Positions 15,849 to 25,057 of a DNA stretch of 28,092 bases are shown one piece after another; position 1 is the first letter of the stretch, and every line of letters begins with the position of its first letter. Under the pieces are notes generated by a model that did not search any database, had not been told where the DNA came from, and saw nothing but the letters and a program-made list of their open reading frames with translations. This DNA comes from Acholeplasma sp. (GTDB lineage: Bacteria > Bacillota_I > Bacilli_A > Acholeplasmatales > UBA5453). Position numbers and translations under genes: made by a program. Location: the NCBI GenBank assembly GCA_036677365.1, contig JAVBWN010000007.1, forward strand, positions 1 through 28,092, written 5' to 3'.

Positions 15849-17069
15849 ATGGGATGGAAAAAATCGGTTGGCATATTCATGGTCAGCCAAACGGTTTCTT
15901 TATTGGGTTCGATGTTGGTCATGTACGCCATTATGTGGTACATCACACTTGAAACACAATCGGGTTTGATGATGACCATCATGGTCATGTGTTCATTCAT
16001 ACCCTCATTGTTAATATCGCCATTCGCCGGGGTGTGGGCAGACAGGCTCAATCGAAAGATGCTGATGATTACAGCCGATATCGGGATTGCTTTGGTGACA
16101 CTCCTCATCGCACTCTTGTTTTTGTTAGGCATTCGTGAGATATGGATTTTGTTTGTGGTCACTGTAGTCAGATCATTTGGACAAAGTGTCCATCAACCCG
16201 CTGTATCTGCCGTTTACCCACAAATCGTACCAGAAACACACTTAGTCAAAGTTCAAGGGATTGCTCAAGGTATTCAATCGTCTTCGATGATTTTAATGCC
16301 ACTGCTCGCAGGGGTGTTATTGGCGTATTTTGAATTAGAACTCATATTATTTATTGATGTCATTACTGCAGCGATTGCAGTAGCTATATTGGTTTTTTAT
16401 GTAAAACTACCTAAACACAAAGCGGAGTTGGAACACAAATCGATTGATTATTTTGAAGACATCAAACGGGGGATTCATTACGCATTTACACACAAATTGA
16501 TCTTCAATATTTTGATGTTTTCATTCTTATTTATGATTATGGTTGCGGCACCATCCTTTTTAACTTATTTGCAGGTGGCCAGGGTATTTGGTGCTGAGGC
16601 ATGGCGATTATCTGCTTTAGAGGCGATATTTGGTACAGGGATGTTGTTGGGGTCGATCGTCATCACCGCGTGGGGTGGATTTAAAAACCGTTTGGTGACG
16701 TTTTTCTTATCCTATATCGCGATTGGTATGGGTACGGTTGGTTTAGGATTACCATTCAACTTTATCTTCTACATTGGATTATGGGGTGTGGTCGGTTTCT
16801 TCATCTCATTAAGTAGCCCACTCATGGTAGGGCTCATTCAAGAAAAGGTTGACCCAAACTACATTGGACGTGTATTCTCAGTCTTTGGGTTGATCAATAC
16901 CATCAGTTTACCCTTAGGCATGTTAATCTTTGGACCATTGTCAGATGTGTTTGATATTTCAAACATCATACTCTTGAGTGGTATTGGTATGGGCATCATC
17001 GCACTCATACCTTTATTCAGCAAATCATTATTAAAAGAGGGTTTACCAAAACCTACAAACAATAACTAA
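15849..17069 (+). CDS. MFS efflux transporter (DHA3/MefA-like family)
   Basis: SQTVSLLGS, GVWADRLNRK motif A, 12 TM, GRVFS; start ATG 15849. Confidence 0.88.
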   Translation: MGWKKSVGIFMVSQTVSLLGSMLVMYAIMWYITLETQSGLMMTIMVMCSFIPSLLISPFAGVWADRLNRKMLMITADIGIALVTLLIALLFLLGIREIWILFVVTVVRSFGQSVHQPAVSAVYPQIVPETHLVKVQGIAQGIQSSSMILMPLLAGVLLAYFELELILFIDVITAAIAVAILVFYVKLPKHKAELEHKSIDYFEDIKRGIHYAFTHKLIFNILMFSFLFMIMVAAPSFLTYLQVARVFGAEAWRLSALEAIFGTGMLLGSIVITAWGGFKNRLVTFFLSYIAIGMGTVGLGLPFNFIFYIGLWGVVGFFISLSSPLMVGLIQEKVDPNYIGRVFSVFGLINTISLPLGMLIFGPLSDVFDISNIILLSGIGMGIIALIPLFSKSLLKEGLPKPTNNN

Positions 17070-17093
17070 AGCGGGCAACCGCTTTTTCTTTTT
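17068..17093 (+). terminator. Rho-independent terminator
   Basis: AAAGCGG-GCAA-CCGCTTT followed by TTCTTTT. Confidence 0.85.
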
Positions 17094-17179
17094 AGTAAAC
17101 AACCGATTTCTTAATTATAATGCATATAATTTGAATTTGCATGCCGTTTGGGTTTATATATTCTTTGGGTGATTATAAT

Positions 17180-18835
17180 ATGAAAAAGCAAAGAAGCAAA
17201 GTAATCGTCGTAGGCGGTGTTGCGGGCGGCATGAGTTTCGCCACACGTTACCGACGATTAAATCAAAATGATGACATCATCATTTTTGAAAAAGGCCCTT
17301 ACGTATCATTTGCCAACTGTGGTTTACCTTACCACATTTCCGGTGAAATTTCGACTCGAAGTGGTCTATTAGTGGTTAGAGAATCACTATTAAAAGAACG
17401 ATTCCATTTGGATATTCGTTCGAATGCAGAAGTCATCTCAATTGACAGTGTCAATAAACAAGTGACTTATTTGAAAGAAGGCAACACCTTGGTTGAAAGT
17501 TATGACAAACTGGTCCTTTCAACTGGCGCTAAACCGATTGTCATAGACATCAAAGGTGAATACAATGTGCCTATTTTTACATTGAGAAACATCCCTGATT
17601 TAGACAAAATCATGCGTTTCATCAAGGAAAACAAACCAAAACACGCCACAGTAATTGGTGCGGGTTACATCGGACTAGAAGTCGCTGAGAATCTCATTTT
17701 AAAAGGCATACAAACAACCATCATTGAAAAAGCGCCTGAAGTATTGCCGATTGTAGACCCAGAAATGGCAGCATTCATTCGTGAAGCATTGGTAGAAAAA
17801 CAAACTCAAGTGTTCACGAGCAATGAAATACAAGAAATCCAAGGCAACGAAGTCCTGCTTTCTAGTGGAGATCGCTTCAATACCGATTTCATCGTGATGG
17901 CGGTAGGTGTTTTACCTGATTCTCTGCTCGCTAAACAAGCAGGTGTTCAAACAGGTATTCGCGGTGGCATCCAAGTGAATCACCAATACGAAACCTCAGT
18001 CAAAGACATCTACGCTATAGGGGACGCAATTTTAGTTAAAAACCAAGTATCCAATCAAGAAACTTTGATTCCACTCGCATCGCCAGCCAACCGTCAAGGT
18101 CGACAATTGGCAGACATTCTCAGTGGTCTAAATGTAACCAATAAAGGCTCATTAGGGACATCAATTGTGAAAGTGTTTGATTTATCTTTAGGCGCAACTG
18201 GTCTCAATGAACGCCAATTGGCTGGTAGAAAATATGCAGTATTGCATTTGACTGCCAATGACCATGCAAGTTATTACCCAAATGCAACCTATATCTATTT
18301 AAAAGTCATTTATGACCCAGAAACTGAACTCATATTAGGTGCACAAGCGGTTGGTAAAAAAGGTGTCGATAAACGCATCGATATCATCGCAACTGCCATC
18401 AAAGCCAAATTACCAGTCACGTTCTTGCAAGAACTTGAATTCACGTATGCACCACCATTCGGTAGTGCAAAAGACATCGTCAATATGGCTGGGTATGTCG
18501 CATCCAATCAATTGCTTGGCATCACACGAACCATCCAATGGTATGATGCCATTCAAATGTTACTTGACAATTCGGTTCTTTTTGTCGATGTACGTTCATT
18601 CTTTGAATCGGCGGCACAAGGGTCTCTTCCAAACGCCTTAAATGTGGATTTAGACCAAATAAAAGATTTATATACCCAAATACCAAAAGATAAAAAAATC
18701 GTTGTCTTCTGTGACAATGGTATTCGTGGTTACAATGCAGAACAATTTTTACGCAACGAAGGCTATGATGTCTATAACCTCGATGGCGGATACAATTACA
18801 TTTCAAAAATGCTAAAGGAGACAGCTCATGTTTAA
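17180..18835 (+). CDS. CoA-disulfide reductase with C-terminal rhodanese domain (CoADR-RHD / persulfide reductase-like)
   Basis: GGVAGG, SFANCGLPY redox Cys, GAGYIGLE, YAPP, rhodanese loop VFCDNGIRG; start ATG 17180 after GGGTGA. Confidence 0.92.
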   Translation: MKKQRSKVIVVGGVAGGMSFATRYRRLNQNDDIIIFEKGPYVSFANCGLPYHISGEISTRSGLLVVRESLLKERFHLDIRSNAEVISIDSVNKQVTYLKEGNTLVESYDKLVLSTGAKPIVIDIKGEYNVPIFTLRNIPDLDKIMRFIKENKPKHATVIGAGYIGLEVAENLILKGIQTTIIEKAPEVLPIVDPEMAAFIREALVEKQTQVFTSNEIQEIQGNEVLLSSGDRFNTDFIVMAVGVLPDSLLAKQAGVQTGIRGGIQVNHQYETSVKDIYAIGDAILVKNQVSNQETLIPLASPANRQGRQLADILSGLNVTNKGSLGTSIVKVFDLSLGATGLNERQLAGRKYAVLHLTANDHASYYPNATYIYLKVIYDPETELILGAQAVGKKGVDKRIDIIATAIKAKLPVTFLQELEFTYAPPFGSAKDIVNMAGYVASNQLLGITRTIQWYDAIQMLLDNSVLFVDVRSFFESAAQGSLPNALNVDLDQIKDLYTQIPKDKKIVVFCDNGIRGYNAEQFLRNEGYDVYNLDGGYNYISKMLKETAHV

Positions 18836-19127
18836 AAATGTAGATGCGAAAACACTTCAAGAAAAAATCAGATCCGGTGAAGCTAAAGTCATTGACTGTA
18901 GAGAAGAATATGAATACGAAGAAGGTCATATCCCTGGGTCAATCAACATGCCAACCTCAAACTTTTTAAAATACATCAAACTGATTGATAAAGCCAACCA
19001 CTATTACATCATTTGTTTAACGGGTTCACGCTCCCATATGGTAGCGCGATACCTAGATGCACAAGGTTATAATGTCACCAATGTGGTCGGTGGCATCATC
19101 ACCTACCAAGGTCCAATTGAAGCTTAA
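18828..19127 (+). CDS. Single-domain rhodanese (sulfurtransferase)
   Basis: IDCRE..EY..GHIPGS, active loop ICLTGSRS; RBS AAGGAG. Confidence 0.92.
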   Translation: MFKNVDAKTLQEKIRSGEAKVIDCREEYEYEEGHIPGSINMPTSNFLKYIKLIDKANHYYIICLTGSRSHMVARYLDAQGYNVTNVVGGIITYQGPIEA

Positions 19128-19130
19128 TAC

Positions 19131-19161
19131 ATAGCGACACTGCGGTGTCGTTATTTTTTTT
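19131..19161 (+). terminator. Rho-independent terminator
   Basis: ATAGCGACAC-TGCG-GTGTCGTTAT followed by T7. Confidence 0.9.
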
Positions 19162-19251
19162 CAAAAAACTATTTCAAAGTTATAATATAACTAGACAAAA
19201 TCGGTCAAGAATTTATCATTGATGTTTTTATACAATGAAGGTGGTGATGAG

Positions 19252-20148
19252 ATGGATGATCAAGTCAAAGAGGTTGCGAAACTCCAAAATTATATCGAAG
19301 CACATCTGATGGATGAGATTACGTTGCTAGAGCTCGCAAAAGTATCTCACTATTCACCTTGGTATGTGGATAAACTCTTTAGAAAACACTTAGATAAGAC
19401 CCCAATGCAGTACATCAAGGAAAGACGTTTAACTTTGGCAGCGCTTAAGTTACGAGATGAAAACATCAAAGTCTTGGAGGTTGCACTAGAGTTTTTGTTT
19501 GATTCACATGAAGGTTTTACGCGGGCTTTTTCAAAACAGTTTGGGGTGAGTCCATATCGATATAAGAAAGATACCCCCGCGATTCAACTCTTTTTACCTT
19601 ACATCGTCTCAGATTACCAAGCATTTTTACAAAGGAGAAAACCAACAATGAAATATCAAGCAGTACCCATCTTTACCCAAGTGATAGAAAGACCGAAACG
19701 TAAACTGATTGTCAAGCGTGGGGTCAAAGCGGAACACTACTTTGCGTATTGTGAAGAAGTGGGGTGTGATATTTGGGGGATATTAACCTCCGTAAAAGAG
19801 GCTTTGTATGAACCTGTAGGATTGTGGTTACCTAAAAAACTAAAAGCGGGTAAGTCCACCTATGTTCAAGGGGTTGAGGTCCCTGAAACTTTTAATAAAG
19901 CAATCCCATCAGGATTTGAAATCATCACGTTAGAACCGCAGCTTTACATGGTATTTCAAGGTCCAAAATACGATGATGTCAATTTTATGGAAGCGATTGA
20001 GGCATTCAATCAAGCCTTGGGATCGTTTGATCCAACACTCTATGGCTATGAATTTGATTTAGAAAACGCCCCTGTCTTCCAATTAGAACCTCGTGGTGAA
20101 CGCGGATACATCGAAGCGAAACCGATTCGAAAGATTACTATAAAATAG
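19252..20148 (+). CDS. AraC-family regulator (N-terminal double HTH, C-terminal GyrI-like domain; Rob-like)
   Basis: YIEAHL..ITL..LA, FDSHEGFTRAFSKQFGVSP; C-terminal YVQGVEVP...YMVFQG; start ATG 19252 after GGTGGTGA. Confidence 0.9.
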   Translation: MDDQVKEVAKLQNYIEAHLMDEITLLELAKVSHYSPWYVDKLFRKHLDKTPMQYIKERRLTLAALKLRDENIKVLEVALEFLFDSHEGFTRAFSKQFGVSPYRYKKDTPAIQLFLPYIVSDYQAFLQRRKPTMKYQAVPIFTQVIERPKRKLIVKRGVKAEHYFAYCEEVGCDIWGILTSVKEALYEPVGLWLPKKLKAGKSTYVQGVEVPETFNKAIPSGFEIITLEPQLYMVFQGPKYDDVNFMEAIEAFNQALGSFDPTLYGYEFDLENAPVFQLEPRGERGYIEAKPIRKITIK

Positions 20149-20160
20149 TCATCAATTCGA

Positions 20161-20189
20161 TTGACAATCCATGGATAGATTGATAGAAT
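20161..20189 (+). promoter_or_regulatory. Sigma-70/SigA promoter
   Basis: TTGACA-17 nt-TAGAAT with extended -10 TG; start site falls at the 5' end of the riboswitch. Confidence 0.85.
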
Positions 20190-20196
20190 ACACATC

Positions 20197-20283
20197 GAAG
20201 GGGAGTAGTTTCCCAAGAATCCATCGTCAGGACGGTTGATCATAACCCGGTGCATTCCAAGCTGAGCTTGTAACAAGACCTTC
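20197..20283 (+). ncRNA. yybP-ykoY Mn2+ riboswitch
   Basis: GAAGGGGAGTAG...CGTCAGGAC...CCGG...ACAAGACCTTC signature; P3 GAATCCATCG/CGGTGCATTC, GGTTG/TAACC, P4 CAAGC/GCTTG. Confidence 0.92.
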
Positions 20284-20314
20284 AAGACTTTTTGTCTTGG
20301 GGGTTTTTCTTTTT
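20275..20314 (+). terminator. Riboswitch-controlled terminator overlapping the aptamer P1 3' strand
   Basis: AAGACCTTCAAGAC/GTCTTGGGGGTTTT hairpin followed by a T-tract. Confidence 0.8.
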
Positions 20315-20342
20315 CCAAGACAAACCAATGAAAGGAGACGTC

Positions 20343-21335
20343 ATGGAACACGTCATCAATGTTTTACTACTATTAGTAGGTTTTGTTTTTTTAGTTAAAG
20401 GGGCAGATTTCTTTGTGGCTTCATCTGCATCCATCGCACGTCGTTTTAAAATCTCATCGCTAGTGATCGGGTTGACTCTGGTCGCTTTCGGGACATCGTT
20501 GCCTGAACTCGCCGTTAGTTTTATCGCATCCCTCACGGTTGAGCCCGGTCAAACTGCAGACATCGCGATGGGCAATGTCATCGGTTCAAATATCGTGAAT
20601 ATTACCCTCATCTTGGGATTAACAGCATTGGCTAGACCGGTCAATGTATCGAAAACGATGCATAAAAAAGAGTTTCCGTATTTGATATTTACTTCTTTAT
20701 TGATTGCTTTATTTGCTTTTGCATTCCAAGCAGATGCGCAAATTGTTTGGTGGGAAGCTTTGTTTCTACTCGTCGTCTTCGTAGGTTATGTTTATTTAAT
20801 GCTGAAAACATCCAAGGAAGCGTCTTCGAATGAGGAATATGCCATCATGGATATGAAAAAATCCATCCTATGGGTGATTGTCGGATTGGTCGGGGTCACG
20901 GCTGGGGGCTTTATGGTCACTAAAGGTGCAGAAAACATCGCGGTCGATGTCCTAGTGAATTTGTTTCATATGACCACATCAAAAGCCGTGACATTGGTGG
21001 GTTTATCGATTGTCGCTGTCGGGACATCTTTACCTGAAATGGTCACTTCCATAGTCGCTGCTAAAAAAGGTGAGAATGAGATTGCTTTTGGTAACTTGGT
21101 CGGGTCAAATATCTTCAATATATTATTCATTCTGGGTCTATCTGGATTGGTAACACCACTCGGTATCAATGGTGACGTACTCATAGATATATGGGTGATG
21201 ATTGGTGTCACGGTATTCGCATTAGGGGCAGCAATTACATTTGGAAAAGTATCTAAAAAGGAAGGTTACGTACTTGTATTCCTGTATGCTTCATACCTCA
21301 TTTACATCATATTGAGGGCATTATCCATTTTTTAA
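20343..21335 (+). CDS. Calcium/sodium (CaCA, YrbG-like) antiporter
   Basis: Two alpha repeats GTSLPE...GNVIGSNI and GTSLPE...GNLVGSNI; start ATG 20343 after AAAGGAG. Confidence 0.92.
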   Translation: MEHVINVLLLLVGFVFLVKGADFFVASSASIARRFKISSLVIGLTLVAFGTSLPELAVSFIASLTVEPGQTADIAMGNVIGSNIVNITLILGLTALARPVNVSKTMHKKEFPYLIFTSLLIALFAFAFQADAQIVWWEALFLLVVFVGYVYLMLKTSKEASSNEEYAIMDMKKSILWVIVGLVGVTAGGFMVTKGAENIAVDVLVNLFHMTTSKAVTLVGLSIVAVGTSLPEMVTSIVAAKKGENEIAFGNLVGSNIFNILFILGLSGLVTPLGINGDVLIDIWVMIGVTVFALGAAITFGKVSKKEGYVLVFLYASYLIYIILRALSIF

Positions 21336-21343
21336 TAAGGCCT

Positions 21344-21373
21344 AAGATCACCTTTTTGGTGGTCTTTTCTTTT
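21344..21373 (+). terminator. Rho-independent terminator
   Basis: AAGATCACC-TTTTT-GGTGGTCTT followed by TTCTTTT. Confidence 0.8.
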
Positions 21374-21404
21374 GGATATGATATAGTAAAATTGAGGTGA
21401 TACG

Positions 21405-21824
21405 ATGCAATATCAAATTAAAACCACATTCAATCAAACCATAGATCGAGTGATTCAAGGGTTCATTGACCTTGAAATGATGAAGCAGTGGCAACCCCAC
21501 TTAGTTGAAGTACAATCGGAATCTGGTGTTTGGCCAAATACGGGTTTTGTTGGGTATTTGATGTATAATGTCACAGGCATGAAGTCAAAAATGAAAGTCA
21601 GTATTGAATCCAATAAACTGCCCAATCAATGGGTATTCATTTATGAAATCCCAGGTGTATATAACCGTTGTGCCTATTATTTTGAAGAAAATGGATTACA
21701 AACTGAGTATCGAATGGATGTGATTTTTACATTTGAAGATGGTGTAGAAAGACCAGAAGCCGTATTCAAAGCTGAGACCATACGCATCATGAATGTATTC
21801 AAACAATATATCGAAGGTATATAA
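21405..21824 (+). CDS. SRPBCC/START-like domain protein
   Basis: FID.EMMKQWQPHL, C-terminal helix MNVFKQYIE; RBS GAGGTGA. Confidence 0.7.
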   Translation: MQYQIKTTFNQTIDRVIQGFIDLEMMKQWQPHLVEVQSESGVWPNTGFVGYLMYNVTGMKSKMKVSIESNKLPNQWVFIYEIPGVYNRCAYYFEENGLQTEYRMDVIFTFEDGVERPEAVFKAETIRIMNVFKQYIEGI

Positions 21825-21825
21825 T

Positions 21826-22188
21826 ATGGAAATCTTATCATACAACCACAATTACGAAGTGCAGTTATTTGACTTAATTCAAAGTGATCCTGAATGGTTA
21901 GAGTACATTCAGTTCAAACAAAAATATGTGCAAGCATTGGATCAATCCATCGTTTTTATCCTGATGGAAAAGGATGCATGTATTGGATTCATCCGCGGAA
22001 AAGATGATGCAGGATTTGGCTTTTATGTGTATGATTTACTCGTTAGAAAAGACAAACGCGGTCATGGTTATGGTAAAACGCTGATCGATCATGTTAGAAG
22101 CCTTTACCAACCGGTGTATGTGATGTCGGATGTTGACCCCTATTATGAAAAGATTGGTATGACAAAAATCGGTTCTATTTTTGAATAA
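21826..22188 (+). CDS. GNAT family N-acetyltransferase
   Basis: DLLVRKDKRGHGYGKTL motif A, YYEKIG; start ATG 21826. Confidence 0.9.
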   Translation: MEILSYNHNYEVQLFDLIQSDPEWLEYIQFKQKYVQALDQSIVFILMEKDACIGFIRGKDDAGFGFYVYDLLVRKDKRGHGYGKTLIDHVRSLYQPVYVMSDVDPYYEKIGMTKIGSIFE

Positions 22189-22210
22189 ATCACCTATTTG
22201 GTGATTTTTT
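22186..22210 (+). terminator. Rho-independent terminator
   Basis: AAATCACC-TATTT-GGTGATTT followed by Ts. Confidence 0.8.
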
Positions 22211-22282
22211 CTTTCATTAGGGGTTTTTTCTCTGTTTTCAATCCTTTATAATAAACATAGAAACCTTAGAGGTAATGAAACC

Positions 22283-23449
22283 ATGAATGCATTTAAATCA
22301 TTGAATCGTAGCCACACCAACTCACGCAAATGGGACCTAGAACGTGGGTCTTTTGAGGAGGATTTTTTACCTTTTTCCATCGCGGACTCTGACTATAAAT
22401 CACCCAAACCCATCATTGATGCGTTAAAAAGACGTGTTGAACACGGGGCGTTTGGCTATAATTTCATCGATGAATCTTACAATCAAGCAGTACAAAATTG
22501 GTTTGAAAGAAGGTACCATTTTACCGTTAAAAAAGAAGAATTTTTTCCTGCCCCAGGGGTGGTAGCCGCTTTATATTTAGCGGTTAAAGGGTTAACGAGA
22601 AAACAAGATAAAGTCGTCATTCAAACCCCTGTGTATCCAAGATTTTTCGATGTCATTTTTGATAACCATCGAGAATTCATTGATAACAAGCTTGTGAATA
22701 TAAACGGCCATTACACGATGGATTTCTTTGGTCTTGAACAAGCATTCAAACAAGGCGCGAAGATGTTCATTTTATGTAACCCTCACAACCCTGTAGGCAG
22801 GGTATGGACAAAACGTGAAATTGAACAAGTCGTGAATTTATGTAAGCAATATAGAGTGACCTTGGTTTCCGATGAAATCCACGCCGATATCATCTTAAAA
22901 GGCCATGAGTTTACATCGTTAGGGCACTATTTAGATACATACGATCAATTAATGGTGTGTACCTCACCGAATAAAACATTCAATATTGCGGGCTTACATT
23001 TATCGAACATCATCATTCGTAACCCTAAGATGAGAGAAGCCATTCACCATGAGTTGCGTGTGTCTCACAACTGTACCCCGAACCTATTCGCGACTTTGGC
23101 ATGCCAAGTCGCCTATACCGAATGTGACGATTGGGTCGATGCTCAAAACAAACACATCGAACAAAACTTCAAACGTCTCTATGCCTTTTTTAAAGAACAC
23201 GTCCCACAGATGAAAATCTCTAAAGCAGAAGGCACTTACTTGGCTTGGTTGGATATGTCCTTTTTAAAGAAAGATTCCAGCTATATTACACAAAAAGTAC
23301 TGGACTATGGCATCACCTTATCCGATGGGAACAAGTTTGACCCGGATTTAAAACAATTTGTCAGAATGAATTTAGCTTGTTCAAAGGACCAACTTCAAGC
23401 CGGTCTTGAACGATTCTTAAACTTTATACTCGATGAACTCCAAGCCTAA
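22283..23449 (+). CDS. patB: MalY/PatB family PLP-dependent C-S lyase (cystathionine beta-lyase)
   Basis: SRKWD, IADSDY, LCNPHNPVGRVW, SDEIHAD, SPNKTFNIAGL (PLP Lys), EGTYLAWLD, RMNLAC. Confidence 0.9.
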   Translation: MNAFKSLNRSHTNSRKWDLERGSFEEDFLPFSIADSDYKSPKPIIDALKRRVEHGAFGYNFIDESYNQAVQNWFERRYHFTVKKEEFFPAPGVVAALYLAVKGLTRKQDKVVIQTPVYPRFFDVIFDNHREFIDNKLVNINGHYTMDFFGLEQAFKQGAKMFILCNPHNPVGRVWTKREIEQVVNLCKQYRVTLVSDEIHADIILKGHEFTSLGHYLDTYDQLMVCTSPNKTFNIAGLHLSNIIIRNPKMREAIHHELRVSHNCTPNLFATLACQVAYTECDDWVDAQNKHIEQNFKRLYAFFKEHVPQMKISKAEGTYLAWLDMSFLKKDSSYITQKVLDYGITLSDGNKFDPDLKQFVRMNLACSKDQLQAGLERFLNFILDELQA

Positions 23450-23469
23450 ATCGCTTGGTTTTTTTCTTT
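23440..23469 (+). terminator. Rho-independent terminator overlapping the stop codon
   Basis: CCAAGC-N7-GCTTGG followed by T7. Confidence 0.7.
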
Positions 23470-23508
23470 GTTAGAAATATGATAAAATCTTTTCAAAAGA
23501 GGTGTCTT

Positions 23509-24969
23509 ATGAAACTTTGGAAATCTAGCAACATTCATACGTTAACTGAACAAAATGACATCTATAACATACTAACCGACCAGGGACACATTGTCGGCTT
23601 GAATGTCGATGAAACGAAACCTTATGATGAAGTGATCGATTTGGGTAAAAAGCACCTTTACCCAGGGTTTGTTGATGCCCATCTCCATTTAATCGGCTAT
23701 GGGCAGTTTTTAAGTCGCCTGGATTTAACCCACATGCATAGCAAAACAACGATACTGGATTTACTTAAGAAACAAAACATCGAAGCATATATCATCTTGG
23801 ATGGCTACCATGAATGGGTGGGGATAACGAAGTTGGATTTGAATGACGTAAATCCGAATAAACCCATCATATTAAGACACCATGATTTTCACGCCGTGAC
23901 CGTCAATGACGTCGTATTAAACGCACTTAATCTCAAGAGTGAAACAGGGATCCTCAGGGAAGAAGAGGCGAGGTTCGTTCTAAATCACTATACCCACCTC
24001 AGCAATCCAACCTTAGAAACTTACCTAGAAACCGCGTTAAAACGTTTATATAAATTTGGTATTACAGGCGGACACAGCGATGATTTGTTCTATTTTAATG
24101 GGTATAAAGATACCTTACAAGTCTTTTTAAATGTCTTAAAGAGAATGCCATTTAGAGCCCATTTATTGGTCCACCACGAGGTTCTCGATGACTATATACA
24201 ATCGCCTTATTTCAATCATCACAGTCCATATTTAGAGCTCAAAGGGGTCAAAGTTTTCTATGATGGTACGATGTCATCTAAGACAGCTTTGATGCATGAT
24301 GGGTATCAGAATACGACCTCGAAAGGGCTTAGAACGACCCCGAATTTTATCGAAATAGTGAAAAAAGTAAGGCAAATTGGTTTGACGTTGGCCATCCACG
24401 TGATTGGTGATGCAGGGCTCGATGAACTCATCGATATTTTATTAAAATACCCACCAAAGAATCATCAAAAGGATCGGATTATTCACGCCCCATGGGTGTC
24501 TGAATATGGCATGAATAAGCTAAAATCCATGCCTGTAACCTTGGACGTTCAACCGCAGTTTTTATCGAGTGATTTCCCAGAAGCCTTATCTATTTTTAAG
24601 TCATTGCCACCCTATATTTTTCCTTGGAAAACCATGTTAAAAAACGGATTGATTCTTTCTTTCAGCAGTGACGCCCCGGTAGAGACCCCAAACCCATTAC
24701 TCGGTATCTTAGACTCAACTGAACGGGTAGCGAAGGATCACCAAGTATATCAACCTGAAGAACGGATTTCAAGACTCGACGCCATCAAGGGCTATACGAT
24801 CTATGCCAACGCTCAAAACCAAGATCAAAATCGTGGTTTAATCGCGGTGGGGCATGTCGCTGACTTTACAGTTTTTGATGTGGATTTAGAAACAGCAGAT
24901 GTAGCGACACTCAAAGAAGATATCGTCTATATGACCGTGATTGATGAACACATCGTCTACCAAAAATAG
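23509..24969 (+). CDS. YtcJ-like metal-dependent amidohydrolase (Amidohydro_3)
   Basis: PGFVDAHLH, KVFYDG, IHVIGD, RIIHA, SSDAPV, ADFTV; start ATG 23509 after GAGGTG. Confidence 0.9.
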   Translation: MKLWKSSNIHTLTEQNDIYNILTDQGHIVGLNVDETKPYDEVIDLGKKHLYPGFVDAHLHLIGYGQFLSRLDLTHMHSKTTILDLLKKQNIEAYIILDGYHEWVGITKLDLNDVNPNKPIILRHHDFHAVTVNDVVLNALNLKSETGILREEEARFVLNHYTHLSNPTLETYLETALKRLYKFGITGGHSDDLFYFNGYKDTLQVFLNVLKRMPFRAHLLVHHEVLDDYIQSPYFNHHSPYLELKGVKVFYDGTMSSKTALMHDGYQNTTSKGLRTTPNFIEIVKKVRQIGLTLAIHVIGDAGLDELIDILLKYPPKNHQKDRIIHAPWVSEYGMNKLKSMPVTLDVQPQFLSSDFPEALSIFKSLPPYIFPWKTMLKNGLILSFSSDAPVETPNPLLGILDSTERVAKDHQVYQPEERISRLDAIKGYTIYANAQNQDQNRGLIAVGHVADFTVFDVDLETADVATLKEDIVYMTVIDEHIVYQK

Positions 24970-24995
24970 ACCCTGTGTTTTTTCTTTTATGGGAA

Positions 24996-25037
24996 TTGGC
25001 ACTTAATACTTGACATTGCCAAAACCTTGGATAAAAT
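24996..25037 (+). promoter_or_regulatory. CIRCE-like (HrcA) operator overlapping the htpG promoter
   Basis: TTGGCACTT-N9-CATTGCCAA (24996-25022) versus consensus TTAGCACTC-N9-GAGTGCTAA; TTGACA (25010-25015) lies inside it; TAAAAT at 25032-25037. Confidence 0.7.
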
Positions 25038-25057
25038 AGTATTTGGAGGCGATAATT

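Noticed and set aside
15849..17069. Calling the MFS gene mef(A) macrolide resistance
   Set aside because: Only family-level similarity is visible; there is no msr(D) partner or leader peptide, and substrate cannot be inferred.
20046..20351. Minus-strand 101-aa ORF over the riboswitch, and the TTG-start extension of the CaCA gene from 20292
   Set aside because: The region is fully explained by the promoter, the yybP-ykoY aptamer and the terminator; the true start is ATG 20343 with RBS AAAGGAG.
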